In this document: piece after piece, positions 34,924 to 49,567 of the stretch
Layout of the letters: each line of letters opens with the position of its first letter
Position numbering within the stretch: position 1 is the first letter of the stretch
Source: Orbicella franksi
Taxonomy: Eukaryota
Direction of reading: 5' to 3'
DNA: 64,000 nt
Assembly: GCA_964199315.1 (NCBI GenBank)
Contig: OZ116698.1
Span: 43,772,001 to 43,836,000, forward strand
Made by a program: the position numbers and the translations under genes
Notes under the pieces: generated by a model
The model's input: only the letters and a program-made list of their open reading frames with translations
Databases searched by the model: none
What the model was told of the DNA's origin: nothing

Positions 34924-37900
34924 ATGACCGAGATGTTCGGCTCGAAAGATGACTTCGGTGGCCCGAAATATTCAGCCGCCGATAGTTACATTGGAATTCT
35001 GTCAGCCTATCGCGGACGGATTCATCACACGAAGCCTTCACGCAACGGCCCGGAGTCAACGGTGAGTTTACCGAGGGAGAGAGCCGCAATTTTATTTCAC
35101 TGCGCCTATGTAAACACTATTGAATGCACACACGGTGTTGGTATTGTATGGCGATTAGAGATGTCAAATTGTGCCATTTTATACCTCCAAGTTCCTCTTT
35201 GTCATGTGCTACTCGCGCACGGCCCGACCGGAGCTAGCGTGGTGGTGGACCGTGGAAGAGTTCAGACCGATTCCATTGTCGGTTCATTGTAACTTTTATT
35301 TTTGAAAGTTTTTAACTGGTGTAAGCAGGTTCAACTGTTATCATATTAAATGGCCTCCACTGAGATCATCGAAGGAAGTTGCTCTGCTGCTAAAGTATTT
35401 CTCAAAGCCGATTTCTGAGCTGCATCCGATATTTTTTTTTTAAAAAAGTGGGGAGAATTAAGGCAAACTGCCTGTGATTAATAAAAAGCTGCGATCATTA
35501 GGAAAATGTTGGCCATCGCTATTAAGTTTGCTTATCCAAGTTGCGTCAGTAAGGAGCTCATCAAACTAAATTGTTTTGACGGTGCAAATTGAAATGTATC
35601 TTATATGGATTTTACGCCGCGGAGCATGCCATGGAAAGTTATCAATCTGATTGGACGCAAGTTGAGGTAAAATACACCCTAATATTTGGCATTTCCTTTC
35701 CCTGTGGCTTTTTTAATATCAGTTTTAGGCTGACAAACATAAGTGCTTCCGATGTTTACAAACGAAAATCATACTTTTTTATTTTTCAAAATTGTTGCAT
35801 TTAATATGTACATTTCCCTGGTAACAATAAATTCGCTGATCGCAATGTAACGCAGAAAATGTCAAAACCTTTACAAATCCGACTCTTTTGTTAGCGTATT
35901 GACAAATATAAAGGGTTATATAGATTCGAGCATTGAAAAGATCTTGACTAATCTTCATAGCCGAGAGATTAACATTTTTGTTGCTGTTTATCTGACAGGA
36001 AAAAACAAGACAAATAAAAGATCGTTTCACCAAAATAGATACAAGGTCTAGCTTTGTATTCTAATTGGAGCATTCTGGCGTAACAAGTATTAATAGGAAA
36101 GAAGTTTTCTTATCGCACGGGTGGAAGCTTTCATTATTATTAGCGCGTGAAAACAGTCACAGATAAGGAAAGAGAGATATTACTTGATTAATTATCGCCA
36201 AGCTCTTGCATTTAAAATTCGCAGCTGCGTTCAATAATTCTATTCTTGTTTGACGATCGAAAAAAAATATCACACAGTTACGCTTTTTGAATTAATCGAA
36301 CCTTTGAGCTTGTGAAGAATGGAGAAGTAAAATATGTTTTCATTGAAAAAAATCAATGTTTCGAAGAACGCGAAAATTGGAGAGACAAATTCGACTTTTT
36401 AAATATCAAAGCTGCTCAAAACATGAAAACAGAGATGATTAATTTTTCTGTTTCTTTTATTAAGGGTAAAAAGCTGAAGAATAATAATACGGTAAGAACA
36501 ACAACAATTTCTTGATTTCAGGTGAAAATAAAACGAGATCCAAGCGAGACAAACCTTTTCAATTTCTTTTGTTGACAATTTTTGAATGCATAACAAATAA
36601 AAATGCTCGGGGATGGCTGATTGAAAGACGTTCCTTTATTAGTTTGGGAAAGAATTAATTGTAATCTCCAGAAAAACATTAATAAATGCGATGATTAATT
36701 CCACTGGCGCGTCGAGTTCGAGTCACGTGGTCTTACTTAATTGGTGATAATTAATTACAATAAGAAATCGAATCTCTTTGGCGGGTAGTGCGCATGTCGT
36801 AATTGTTGATTTCAATGGAATGCCCCATCAAAGATGTGTCATTCGATGTTTGAACTCCAACTGGTCGAGTTATGTCTTCGCAAATTTTGTCGGCCAATAC
36901 GTATCACTTCCAGGAAATAGGCTTTTTATGAAACCCCCGTGATTATTAAAATTAAATTTCTGTAGAGCGGAACGGTGGAGCAATGGAAAAGGGGTCATCT
37001 CAACCACAACAGCAGCAGCGTAGCGTTGTAAGTCCGTGTTTTGTCGTCGGCTGATTTGCATTTTCATTTGATAGCTAATCTATTGATTAATTAAAATGGA
37101 AAGTGTTTATGATGTCGTAGCCCGAGGTCGCGTTTCTCTCATTCATCTCTTCCTGTGTTTGTAAAGTTGTAAAATGCTCTTGCAGTCGGCCGCCGATCGA
37201 GATGGACTGCGGACGGACCGTGAGAGCAGGCGGGAACCATCATCGCCGCACACATTCAAGCAGCATCGCTCGTCGCTGTCGAGCGGTTCCGTGGAGAGCC
37301 GGATGGCGGAACTTGATGATATTCAACGGTCGATGGAAGTAGAGGAAACGGAGGAGGAAAGCTTTGAAGAGGACAGGTTCAAGTCGAGAGAACATTACGA
37401 TACGGACTCTGATAGTGTTTCTAGTGGACGTGAGGCCGCACCGTATCAACAAGGAGCTCGCGTGCAGAATCAACAGCCCCCTTCCCCGGTGGAAACTTAC
37501 ATCAACAACAGTGTCAGCGGGATAGACAGAATTCCTACTCACGAATGGACGTTCGAGGAGCAATTCAAGCAAGTAAGTGCTGCATTTACCTTTCTAAACC
37601 CTTCAAGTGTTTGATTTTTCAAGCAGAAATGCTAAGCCCAAAGCATTTTTGGTTTTACATCTTGAGGACCGTCATTAATCAACTTTGCTTCGTAAAAAAG
37701 TGACACATCTCAAGCGAATATTAATAATTATTGTTCCAAACAAATTCAGCTTTCGCGGCTTTAATCGATTTATTCATTCCCGTGCTGTATTGAACTGAAT
37801 TCCTTCGTTCAATGGCGCTCCGAGTTCCAATAAAGCTTATATTTTTAGCGTCTTTGTCGTTCGACGCTAATCTCTCTTTCTAAATCGCTCTTTAATAGAA

Positions 37901-40900
37901 ACTGAGTTATGAGTAGCGGTGCATATTTTGCCGGCGTATTTGACACGACTATTTTGTTTCTTTGTGACATTTTGACAACGATCGTTTTTAATTTTCTTCA
38001 TTTCGGAGGCCGCTCCCAAGCGCGATCTTTGCCGTTCTTGGTGAAGAAAATAATCTGGGAACTTTGAATAAATTGCAAATTGCGATTGTAGGATTATAAG
38101 GGTGTGTAGAAGTTATGATACTGGCCTTGATAAAACGGTGATTTGGGAGTTTGCCGCGCGAATATCGGCTTTATTGAATTAGTGGGTCATAGAATGTGTA
38201 GTTTTAATTAACCTATGATACAAATTTGCATACCGGGCTTATCACCTGGGCCAAATGAAATATCGTATTTGTCATAAGAAATCGAGACCAGGGGGAAATT
38301 CAGTCAAAGATGGAAAAGTCAATTATTAAATGAGAAGTTTTGTTATAACGAAGAGTAAACGGTGACATAAGTGAATTTTTTGCTTGACTTCTGCCCAAGG
38401 GTTATGCAATGACTTGTTATTATCTGTAACCTACGAAGATACATATGAGCTACTCAACAATACTGCCTTCAATTAATATTTAATAACAACCCAGAGTTAA
38501 TATAGGCCTTTGGCAATTGGGAAGTAAGATTACAGCTCTTTTTGGGTGGCAGGTTGACCTGCCACCTGTCACTCATACAGCCTGTCATTTTAAGCTCTAA
38601 TGTAGTTTTTGGCACATTGTGATTGGCTAGTAGACTTGAAATATTGTGCAGTATTTACCAGGTTTGAAAAACCACATATGACCTTTGCTGACTCCTTTAA
38701 ACATTCTATTTGGAGACAGAAGTCTAGCAAGCTGGCTATTCACTGACCAGTGTGGCATAAATTATATTGCCAGTTATTAAACTTGGTTTCTATGAACAGC
38801 CCAGGATATTTACCCCACTTTGGTAGATAATTGTTAAGTGTTGCCAGATGCAACATCCTGTGTCTTTTCATGGACAAACAAGCCCCACATTCAATTCTAC
38901 TTTGTAATTAAAAGTCTAAAGTTGCATAGAGAGGAAGAAGTCTTCTGTTGGATTTACTGGAGGTGATACCCCCGCTGTTTTTCCTTTTTTGTTAAATGAT
39001 TGTAATTTAGCATCCATTTGAGATACACACGTATGCTCACATTATATTTTTTTATTTCAACATAATCCTTGGCTCAGTTTAATTAAGCCTTTAATCTTCT
39101 TACATATTTGTAACATATTCCTCGTAGTTTCCCTTTTAATAAAAGCATTGTCTTCAAATCTGAATAAAATTGTTACTTTTTTTTTGTTGTTACATATGTA
39201 AGAAACTTAAGGCAACCATGCTTTGTGAAAAAAAACAAAGTCAGAAGAAAAGATGGTTATATTCCAATTATTAACATAGTTAATTTTTTTGGAAATTTAT
39301 TGACATTACCCAAACGTTCTAGAAATTTATTTTTGAATCCTGTATCCTTCATCCATATGAATTAATGATTCTTGTGGGAAAAAAAAACTGGATGAGTGTA
39401 GAGTTCTCAAAACTTATTAAGGTGTTATTGAAGGCTGAAGTTTGAGTAGGATGTGCTCAGTTTTTTTAATGCAGCTTTTTGTTTGGGTTAAACTTATTCT
39501 TGCATTTTCCACTCTTGTTTATCAAATGTACTTTAAATCTATTAAATCTAGCTATGAGTTGTTATTATTACTATAGCGTATGTTGTCTTTGTAAAGATAT
39601 ATTTCTACATGTAGCTGGAAATCATTCATATATTTTTCATCCATCTTGCATATTTAATTTAGTTGAGACTACAAAAAAAAATTCAGCTTTTAATTACAGC
39701 CTATTCAGTATGGCATATGTCAAGTGCAGCAGAGTTGCTCCCAAATTATTTGACATACAAAAGCAGAATTTGATAGGTAGCTTTTATGTGTGAATGTTTG
39801 CTAATATGTGTTAGAAAAAGGCAAATGATCTAAACATGCAATAACTACATGTAAACAATATCACAGTTCATCTTCGACAAGATCAGAAAATGGTGTTATA
39901 AGGTTTTCACTGAGGAATCTGTTACTAATAAAAACAAAACAAGTGGTGCCTAAATTGAATATGTCTTTTAATCCACATACAAAATGCTAAAATTCCAATG
40001 CAGATTACTTTGATATCAGTTTATTGAACTGATATATTATTTTAACTTCATGTTTTTATCCTTAGGTTTAGCTATGCATTAATCCCTTGAGGCATAGTTA
40101 TATTAAACTGTTGTTCTTCTAGAAAAAAAAAAATGGTGGTAAGCTGGCTAAAAATACAATCAATTTATACCAAACCCAATTTAACGATCAATATCATGTT
40201 AGGAATGCTAAGAACTCCAGAATCTTGATTAAGATAATGATACTTATGTCAAGAAAATGTTGGTTTGTCATTGACATTCAGTTCTGTCCTAATTTTAACT
40301 TGAGTAATTTTTGTATGATTTTTCTGGTAGTCCTTGTTCCAAGTCCTTTAGGCCAACAACATCAAGGATTGGACTCAATGGAACACGTTCATTCATTGAA
40401 GTCATGTTTCTGTTGTATGTGGTCTTTTATACTTTCACAGAGATTGGTGTGATAACAAAGAATACCCAGTAATACATGTATATCTGTGCTTGCAAACCAC
40501 AAGTATATAATATATGGATTTCTATTTTGAACTGTTTAACTCAATATCATAAATTGCAGCAAATGAGGATGATATAAGTTTAATATTGAAAGAAACTACC
40601 GATGATAAAAAAAAATCTCAGTTTGTTTCACAGCAGAAAGAAACTAGGTAAGGTTTTCAATGCGTTAAAAAGATTATTAATAATTTTTGGCATACTTGAA
40701 AACAATTCTTTAAGTGGTGTAAGTCAAACAATTTCATCAACTTTCAAAATGATTATGTGTTGTGATGTTCATCTCTTCAATCACAAATTGCTTACATAAA
40801 TTTAGTTGGAAAAATATTTGTGTCTTATGAAAGATCACTTGATACAAAATTTTGTTCATTTTTGTGCTGACAGCCAGACAAATTGAACAAATTAGCACTC

Positions 40901-43900
40901 AAATTAGCAGACATGCATATCTTTATAAGGAGCAGTTAAAAATATCCGCCAGTTCATTAGGATTTCAAAAGACCCGGTGGCATGACAAATTTACAGCCTA
41001 CTTCAAGTTATTTCATGCTACTTCACTAGAGTTTGCTGCATACTTCCTTTGGAACTGATAACAATCTCGTAGGAAATTAATTGTATCACCCACATACGTG
41101 TTAGAATATTTTTGCCATCTTATTTACGGCTTATAAAAAGCTGTGATTTGAGTGAAGGGCATCACGTATATTTTTAAATCCAATATCATCATATTTGGCT
41201 TTCAGTTTCTGTTGTGGAAGTCAAAAAGTTTTAACTCTGAGAAAGAGTGACTGTTTTTCTGTACAGTGTATTTAAAGAATTAAGAACATGCATGCAAGTA
41301 TATACATTACAAGTACATTTATATATATGTTTGTCTTATTAGCCATTTGACTACACTTGTCTGTTTAGTGATACGTCCAAGACATTTGGGTCATTAGAGG
41401 GATTCTCTGAATAACTATGTTTTGAATCTGACCAATGTTGTGATTAACTGAACATCAAAGGAAGTCTTTCTGTGGTAGACTGTAATTACTTGCCTTGGAA
41501 GACCCATTCTTTAAATTAATGGTGTGATCACAAATAACATACCTGTAGTCAAGTTACCAGTCAATGTTCCATCTAGGCAAAATAGTCGTGTTTTCATAGA
41601 TGCCGATCAAAGGAAAACCTTGAGTCCCCTTCAAACTATGATAACTTTCAAAGCTAAGGAACCAAACAGATAAAATGAATAATGAGATTAATTTACCGTA
41701 GAGGATTAAGTCAGAACTTAAGAAAACACAATATTTCAAATCAAATTAGTCTAACTTGAATTGTAGAGATAACCTGTTTGGATACTAAAACATGTACATG
41801 CTTGAGTTAACCATGCATGTTTTCAAGTTTTATTACAATCAGACTGAATCACTCGAGACGATAAATTAAAGGGTGCAATCAAAATAGTGCACAGTTTTCC
41901 AATTTTCTTCCAAATGTTTACAGACCTGCCAACCCCTGAGCATAGGAAATATGACTTGACATCACTAAAATACAAATTTCATACTAAGTCTTTGCTAAAA
42001 AGCATGAGATAAAGAGCCTTCCTCGTGAGATTTATGAGAAAAGATTAAAAATCCTGAGACACTTAAAAAGTGTGTGATTTGGCTGGTCTGAATTTATTTT
42101 TGTTAAATATTCCTTGCTCACCAGCAACTTGTTTTATTCACTGACAGACTTAAAGTTCATGTATCTGTTTGCAAAGATCTTTGAAATTTGATCTAATTTT
42201 ATGTCATCAGCAAAAATATTGCTAACATACTTATCACCCCTGAGTGCCTTAGTGGATGTCATTAATAACTCAGCTTGGATTTCAATACAGGCCAAGTTGA
42301 CTTACAGTGAACCAAAAACCAACCATAACATTAGTTTATTTTCATTATAATGCCGAACTGTCAATATCACTATGTAGTGTATGTGAGAGAAAGAAGAAAA
42401 TGCATTTCACAGCAGGGAAGGAGATTTTGTTACAGAGTAGGTACCCAAAGTACTGATGATACAAAACCATGTATCCTGTACAGATACGGCGTATGCACAC
42501 TGTAGATTTGTCAGACATTCAAAAATTATATGTTTCACTATTTGCAAAGTTGTTTGAAACTTTCCCATAGTTATGACTGACCCTCAAGTGGCAAGAATTG
42601 AAAAGGAAAGCAGTGATTCCCAACTTACAGAATCATGCTAAACTGATCTCAACTTTAACTGAATTTTAAACCAGTCTGTTTTCTAGAAGTATAAAAGGTG
42701 CTGATACCCTTGTTTTACAAAGTCCAAATTGTGAATCTTGTATAAGGATTAATTGCTCCTTGTATATTTCAATATAACAGCTTCTATTTTTAACTTGCTC
42801 ATGGAACTTGAGCTTTGAACTACACATGTACAGTGTATGTTTACAAGTATCTCATTGTGTGATAATAATAAAGCTTGTTGGAAGAACGATTAAAATATTG
42901 CTGCACAATATTATCATTTTGGCTTCAAGGTGCCACTCTATTTAAATATAACCGAGTATGCCCTAAAATAATAAAGTGCTTGAAAACTTCCAAATCAATA
43001 AAGTGACATTTTTATTCAGATTTCATGGTTAATTACATTTGAAGTGAAAATAAACAACAAACACAACAAGATAATAATTAATTTTTATTACAACTTAGGG
43101 TTAATAGGTAACAAAAATATTAAAGACTTGTTATTTTCCCACACTTGTTAATGAATTTGATAAAAACAGCATTTTGGGGAACATTATTTTACAGTTCTTG
43201 GTATGTGATATTGCTGAGTTTCTCAACTTGATTGTGTTTATCTTCCAGTTTACTGTGTGAATTTTAAATTTTATTAGTAGATTTTTTTAAAATGGAAATG
43301 AATTTAAATGCTATCTAGCTACTACAGTGCTTTTATATTAAACTCTTTTTGGTATTTTTAATTACCTTGAGTTTAACTTTACTAGCAGACCTTAAAAAAT
43401 TTGAAAAGGATGAACCTTAAGTGTCATTTGTTGCTTTGCATCTCTGACAAATCTATGCCAGATAATATAGATTAAGAAAAGGTAAATACAAAAGCCATGG
43501 CTGATATGTGAAACAATATCAGCGCTGCCATCATTTCCTTGCGTACTCATTCTCTTCCATCTCTGTGTTAAATCTTTTTTTGTAAGCCTAGAGGAGGTTA
43601 ATTTGTGTTGAAGTTATCTTTACTTACTCACCTCCTTGGGGGAAAATTTGCCAAAATAGGTCCAAGGTATTAGTAGCAGTTTTACCTAGACGGGTCTATA
43701 TGTAGATGTTAAAGAAAATAGCTTTGTTTGACTTTAAACTTTTTAAAAAACTTTAATAAGTATACTCCTTAAACAGTGGAACTATACTAGGAGTTTAAAA
43801 TAACATAATAAAAGCACGTAATAAATAATTACAATATGTATATATACAATAAAAATTATAAGTTAGTAAAAGATAAGATAAAATAGATTAAGTATAATCT

Positions 43901-46900
43901 CGTCGAGACAAGTTAGGACGTCTGGATATACATTATACAAAAGATTTAATGGCTGCAAGAGCAATAGTCTTAAAATTATTTATATCAACATCTTCATAAA
44001 TAGGTAAATTGTTCCATGCTACTATTGTCCTTGGATAAAAGGAAAACTTATAGACATCATTTGATACACGGATTTGTTGGAAAGGACGACTGTTCAGTAA
44101 TCTGGTGGCCCTTGTTATTTCGCGGACTTCAGGAGGAAAGCTAATACCAACATGTCCCATCAAGATCTTGTAGAACATAGTAGTTTGAAAGAGGAGTCGT
44201 CGATCTTCAAGGGAGTCCCAACCAAGATGTTCGATCATTGGAGTAACATGACTAAATCTTGAATAGTCATTTAATACAAATCTTGCTGCTCGGCGTTGAA
44301 CCATCTCTATTTGAGTGATGTTCTGTTTGGTGAAAGGGTTCCAAGCGCAACACGCATATTCGAGTTTTGGGCGGACTAGCGTGCGATACGCCGTATCTTT
44401 GACTTTAGTATCACAACCACTTAGAATACGACGCAGTAGCCCAAGAGTAGAATTTGCCTTTTTACAGATCTGATTGATGTGCTCGTTCCAGGACAGATTG
44501 TCTGTCACGGTGACTCCAAGGTACTGGGCTGAGGAAACTCTAGAAATGGGCTGGCCAGCCAATGAATATTGGAACAAAGTTGGAATTTTCTTACGCGTTA
44601 TACCAAGTTGATAACACTTCTTGACGTTAAAGTTAAGTTGCCAGGTGTTTGACCAGAGTGACAATTGTTCAAGATCATCCTGCAGAGCCCAACAGTTCTG
44701 TACTTCACGGATTTCACTATAGAGGATGCAATCATCTGCAAAGAGGCGTAGACGTGACTTTACAGAAGAAGAGATGTCATTTATATACAGTAAAAATAAT
44801 ACAGGGCCCAAAATTGAGCCTTGCGGGACCCCGGAGAGCACTGGTTTGGAAGAAGACTGAATGCCATTTAAGACTGAATGCCATTTACTTACATGTACAT
44901 GTAATTTACTTACATGTACATGTAATTCTTACCACTGAAAACCCATTTACTTAAATCAAACTATGTGTATTATTATAAACCGAATAATAAGCATCTCTTT
45001 TAGTGGTATCAAATGCCTTTACAATTGTGTTTTGCTTAATTTCAATTCATGTGAACTTTCTGAGAGTGCAGCAAATAAGTAAACACTCAGAGAGAAATGG
45101 ATTTCCTGATTATGTCTCATATAATCGTGTCCTTTTTACTGCTTTTTGTTGTTAGTTGTATGAATTGGGTACTGAACCAGAGAGGAAAGAATTCCTGGAT
45201 GATTTATTTTCCTTTATGCAGAAAAGAGGTGAGTTATTCTGTAAAATTTTAGTAATAATTTACCATTTTTATGGCATTAAGTCCAGAACAGCGAAGGATA
45301 TCAGACAACAATTGTTTGGTATGACGGAAAAGCGCTGAAAAATAACAGGAACTTGTGAGAGAGAAAGGATATCTCAAAATGACAAAGATTAACATGGATA
45401 TAAAAATCAATCATTTTGAAAACGTGAGCAGCGATTTTTCCATTTCCAATTATCGAATTTCCCCGCGAGCGATGAATTCCCAGCCGTAAACAAGACCTGC
45501 CGGGTTTACAAAATTAGTTTAGTTTCTCTTTACAAGTGACGGTTTTTCAAGCATCAGGACTAAAACCCGGGATTAAAACACAAACCCTGCTTAAGTATAT
45601 AAGCTTTAGTCTGTCAAACACTAAGATTTTGTTGTACTATCAAGTTCCCATGCGGTTGAATGTGCTCAGAGGTCACGTCGTAAGACATCGTGAAGTCAAA
45701 TGGTTAAAACCTGTACTTACTTGCCACTAAGACGCGTCTTAAGGCCACAAGGTTTTCCATATTTTTCCTTCGTACTAAATTGCAGCAGTTTTCAAAGCGA
45801 AAGAGCGTTGTGAACGCATATTTTTCTGATTTTCAGTCCGCCGACAAAAAAGTAGTCGCAAGTTTAGATTTTATACAGTCAACTTCCCGCCTTTTCTGGC
45901 AGCCCGCGTCGAGAAGCACCTCTTACGATTGGTTGATTTCTTTTTGTAAAATCACGTGTCGCAACTGCGCTTGCAGAATTTCGCGCCTTTTTGTGCAACC
46001 CGTGTTGAGAATGTCTTCTGGTGGTTTCAGCGGTTTGTAAATTCCTTATGATGTTTTTTCTGTTTTGTTTTCAGGCACTCCCGTTAACAGAGTTCCTATA
46101 ATGGCAAAACAAACATTAGATTTATTCAAACTGTTCAAGCTGGTCGTTGAAAAAGGAGGACTTGTTGAGGTGAGAGGTGGAAAATTAGTTTCAGAATTTT
46201 TTGTGTTCTGCGGCCCATTGGGGTACGAAATACTTCATGGTGTTTTTAATTTTTTCTCTCAGGTTATAAACAAGAAAATATGGCGAGAGATCATTAAAGG
46301 CCTTAGTCTGCCGGCATCAGTAACAAGTGCGGCGTTTACTCTTCGAACTCAGTGAGTAGAAAAAGGTTGTTTAAAAATGCTGATTGCTGAATTCCGTACT
46401 GAATTTCAAATATCTTCGGGTCGCCACGCTCTCCCGAAGTGCACGAGTTGGGAGATGTACAACAAGATCTGTGGGGAGCGTAATCATTGCAAAGAGTGGT
46501 AATATATTTTGGAGGCTTGCTGTAAATACTTTGCACATCTACTTCTTTCAACCAAAGTAAACAACAGAATATCTGATGCTGATGCTTGCGTGGTATGTTG
46601 AGGTCACGCCAGTATTCTTTTGATTACGACTTGTGATTTCGAATTGAAAGCCCAGTCCACTCAAATACAATAGCTTGATGTACTAGTCCGGATTTGTACC
46701 ATTACCGTTAAGTTCAAAACGAACACTGTGTGTAAAGTTAACTAAAAATCTTTACACTTTTCCATTTTCAACCACAGATACATGAAATATCTTTATCCTT
46801 ATGAATGCTCAAAGAAGAAACTGTCCTCTCCAGCCGAACTTCAAGCCGCAATTGACGGAAACCGGCGAGACAGTCGCAGATCGTTTGGTTCATTCCTGTC

Positions 46901-47830
46901 TCAAGCTGTGCCTTCAGATGGTACACATGTCTATAACAGCCCCAGTCCTACAACAACGCCGCCTGCTTTTACAGGAAACAGCAGCTCTCCTGGAATCTCT
47001 CACCGGTCGAGTCCAGGCCCCTCTGCATCAAACCATGATGTAAGTTTGTTTCAGAGAGGACAACAATGCACTTTACTTTCATTTCCCAGTCGTAGACTTG
47101 TAAGTCCAGCGCTCTGAGCGATGATAGTGATGAAATCATGGTAAAAATTAAATAATGTAGAATCTCAATTTTAAATCATGTTAATCATTCCTTTTAAAGG
47201 TGCACGTGCCTCCGTCAGTCCATGGCAACAACGGCGTTGCTATGCTGCATTCTCCAGGCGTAGTTCAGTACAGCCCAAAACGTTCCTCTAGCGTGACGGA
47301 AGTGACGTCACGGGGCGTGTCCTCCTCCCCTTCCGATACATCTCCTTGTGGTTCACCAGTCAAGAAATTTGCTGCTGTGAATGAGCGAAACAATAAACCA
47401 ACACCGACTCAGCTGCCTTGGACACATATTAAAATACAAACTCAGCCTAAAGGTATGTAATATTTAACTTAAAAAAAAAAACGGAGTTTATGTATATGGA
47501 AAGTGATACACATTTTCAGATGAATTCTTTCGCTCGAAGACTAATTTTCATACAGAGAAAAACTGTATCTCGTAAATGGCCTGTGGCTGTGGACTAATAT
47601 TCGAATTTTCTTTGTGTCAACCAGGTATGGCTCAGAGCGGTCAGTTCCAGTTTCCCGATCCAGAAAGATCACGCGGCCGGGAGCCGCGGCAGTTGCCGCT
47701 GACCTTGCTAGACCAAGTGAGCGACAACTCGTTATTGGTGTCTGTAGAACTTAATGGCGTCGTGTATCAAGGAGTTTTGTTTGCGCGGCAAAATCGACCG
47801 GATTCTCCAAAAAGTAACGAAGATTACTAA
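34924..47830 (+). CDS. ARID3: ARID3 / dead ringer (Bright-family) AT-rich interaction domain transcription factor
   Basis: Exons are 34924-35061 (putative first), 37186-37572, 45156-45228, 46075-46169, 46263-46351, 46778-47039, 47200-47452 and 47625-47830, all phase-compatible (1503 nt, 500 aa). An alternative start at ATG 37174 is possible. The eARID core reads WTFEEQFKQ|LYEL...RKEFLDDLFSFMQKRG|TPVNRVPIMAKQTLDL...GGLVEV|INKKIWREI.KGL.LP.S.TSAAFTLRTQ|YMKYLYPYEC, and the REKLES motif reads SLLVSVELNGVVYQGVLFA. Confidence 0.96.
43720..44886 (-). mobile_element. 5'-truncated CR1/L2-group LINE (RT C-terminal half plus 3'UTR) in ARID3 intron
   Basis: An uninterrupted 302-codon frame (43933-44841) contains SGVPQGSILGPVLFLLYINDI, RLFADDC, YLGV, AYRTLVRPKLEYA, EMVQRRAARF and LGWDSLEDRR. 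The 3' boundary is approximate and no TSD was found. Confidence 0.92.
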
Positions 47831-49567
47831 CTTAACTATGGTATTTTTATTCGTCGATTATAATACAGTGTATAGGCTTACGAAGTGTTTTCTGGTGGCT
47901 CTCGTAAAATGAAGGTAAGGCGGACAAAACCGAGGTCGGTTTCAATTATGGTCGAATATCAAACATCCCGTATGTTGGCTTTGATTGGTTTGATAAATTA
48001 TGAACCAATTAGAACAGCTCTTCTACTGAACCAATCACAGAGCTTCATTCTCGAGAGCCAGTTGAAAACCGCTTTTAAATCCTGTTAGAAAGTAGAGTTT
48101 AGAAAAGTAATATTTCGTAAAGTACTGCAATTTTATTTCTGCAAGACCACATGACCATGTAAGTTGCTTCATTGACAGTTCAATCAGAATTATTTTAGCA
48201 TATTCGTTCGTTAAATTTGAGCTACCATTTGCTTTGTCAAATTAACTTATATTTTAGTTACATACCCTCGCCCCCTCCGGAATTTGATTTTCCTGGTCAA
48301 CCTCCCCTTAGTTGGTCAAGAGAAAATTACTGGGAGAGGTCCAAACTTGTTGCTGATGTTTTCAAGCCAAGCTCTATTTAGAAACAAGTTGAACATGATT
48401 CGTTGCTGGAGTAACACGTTTTAAATCACATAATTAAGTTCTTTCGTGATATCTTTTATTCAATATACTATTTATCGATCTTCATACTCCTAATTTCGAA
48501 GAAAATTTTCACTGTTCCTTATATTCACGACAAAGCAAGAATTTATGTAAGATTTAACTTTATAGTGTAGTGTCACTGTAGCGTTTTTGTATCCTAGCCT
48601 TGCAAGTACGATGCAAGGACAAGAATGTTCGAGTGTTTTGAGACAAAACGTGTGATTGTGGTATCTGGTTTCAGATTATTTTTCCTGTCCAGTTGATTAC
48701 GGAAGCTCAGAATTTGATTTCACATAAATCAGAAAAGTTCGTCATATTTTGACTTTTTTGTACTGTTAAAAGTCGAGGAAAATTCCTCGTCAATGAAAAT
48801 ATTATACTTCGTACTGTTGTTGAATCTTCTAATCAGGGTTGCTAAGAAGGCCAACTCGTTGTTTCTATTATAAAAAAACAATCCATTCACCATTGTAAAT
48901 AAGTAAAGAAATCTGAATTACGATGATAATATTTTCCTTGATTACTTAAACGATGCCCTTAAAAAGCGTTTTTTAAACCTGGTCAAATCGTTTCGGGAAC
49001 GTATTGTGAAACTTTTTTAACGAAGATAATCAAAAATTCTTATTTAAATGCCTTTCTTTTAAGAGGATAATCTCCATAACTGTTGCGTTGAGGGTGTTAT
49101 GACATCTGTATTGTTTGCCGCGACATTTTCTTCAGATAAATAATTATTTCTACAAGAGGTCGAGCCCGCGTTTATTTTCAGTCAGTGCGGTTGCTATGTC
49201 ATCAGCTCTACCCTAGCATTTTGTCCTGCTGCGTGATTGGGTTATATCGAAAAATTGCTTCTTGTATTTCACTATTTTTTTTTTTCATGTTAAGCTCTTT
49301 GATATGTATTTATCTTTTTAATTACAGTCTTAGCACCCTCGACTGTGTAGTAATTTATCCATAGAATCGGTGGCGGACCATTTTATGTCCTTAGGGGTGA
49401 GGGAAGGCTGTGCAGTTATTCTCACTAATACCATTTTTTGTTCACATTAACGTTTGGCAATACTTTTTTTCCACTTAACGTGCTGTTAAAACGTTTTAGA
49501 CAAGCAAAAGATCCCAAAAGAAGCTCTGATTTTCTTTAATCGTCGGGTTGTTTAGGATCTTTTACAC

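Noticed and set aside
38545-38566. Perfect 10-bp hairpin ggtggcaggt-tg-acctgccacc in an ARID3 intron
   Set aside because: It is too short to assign. It is probably a collapsed MITE end-pair, with no evidence of function.
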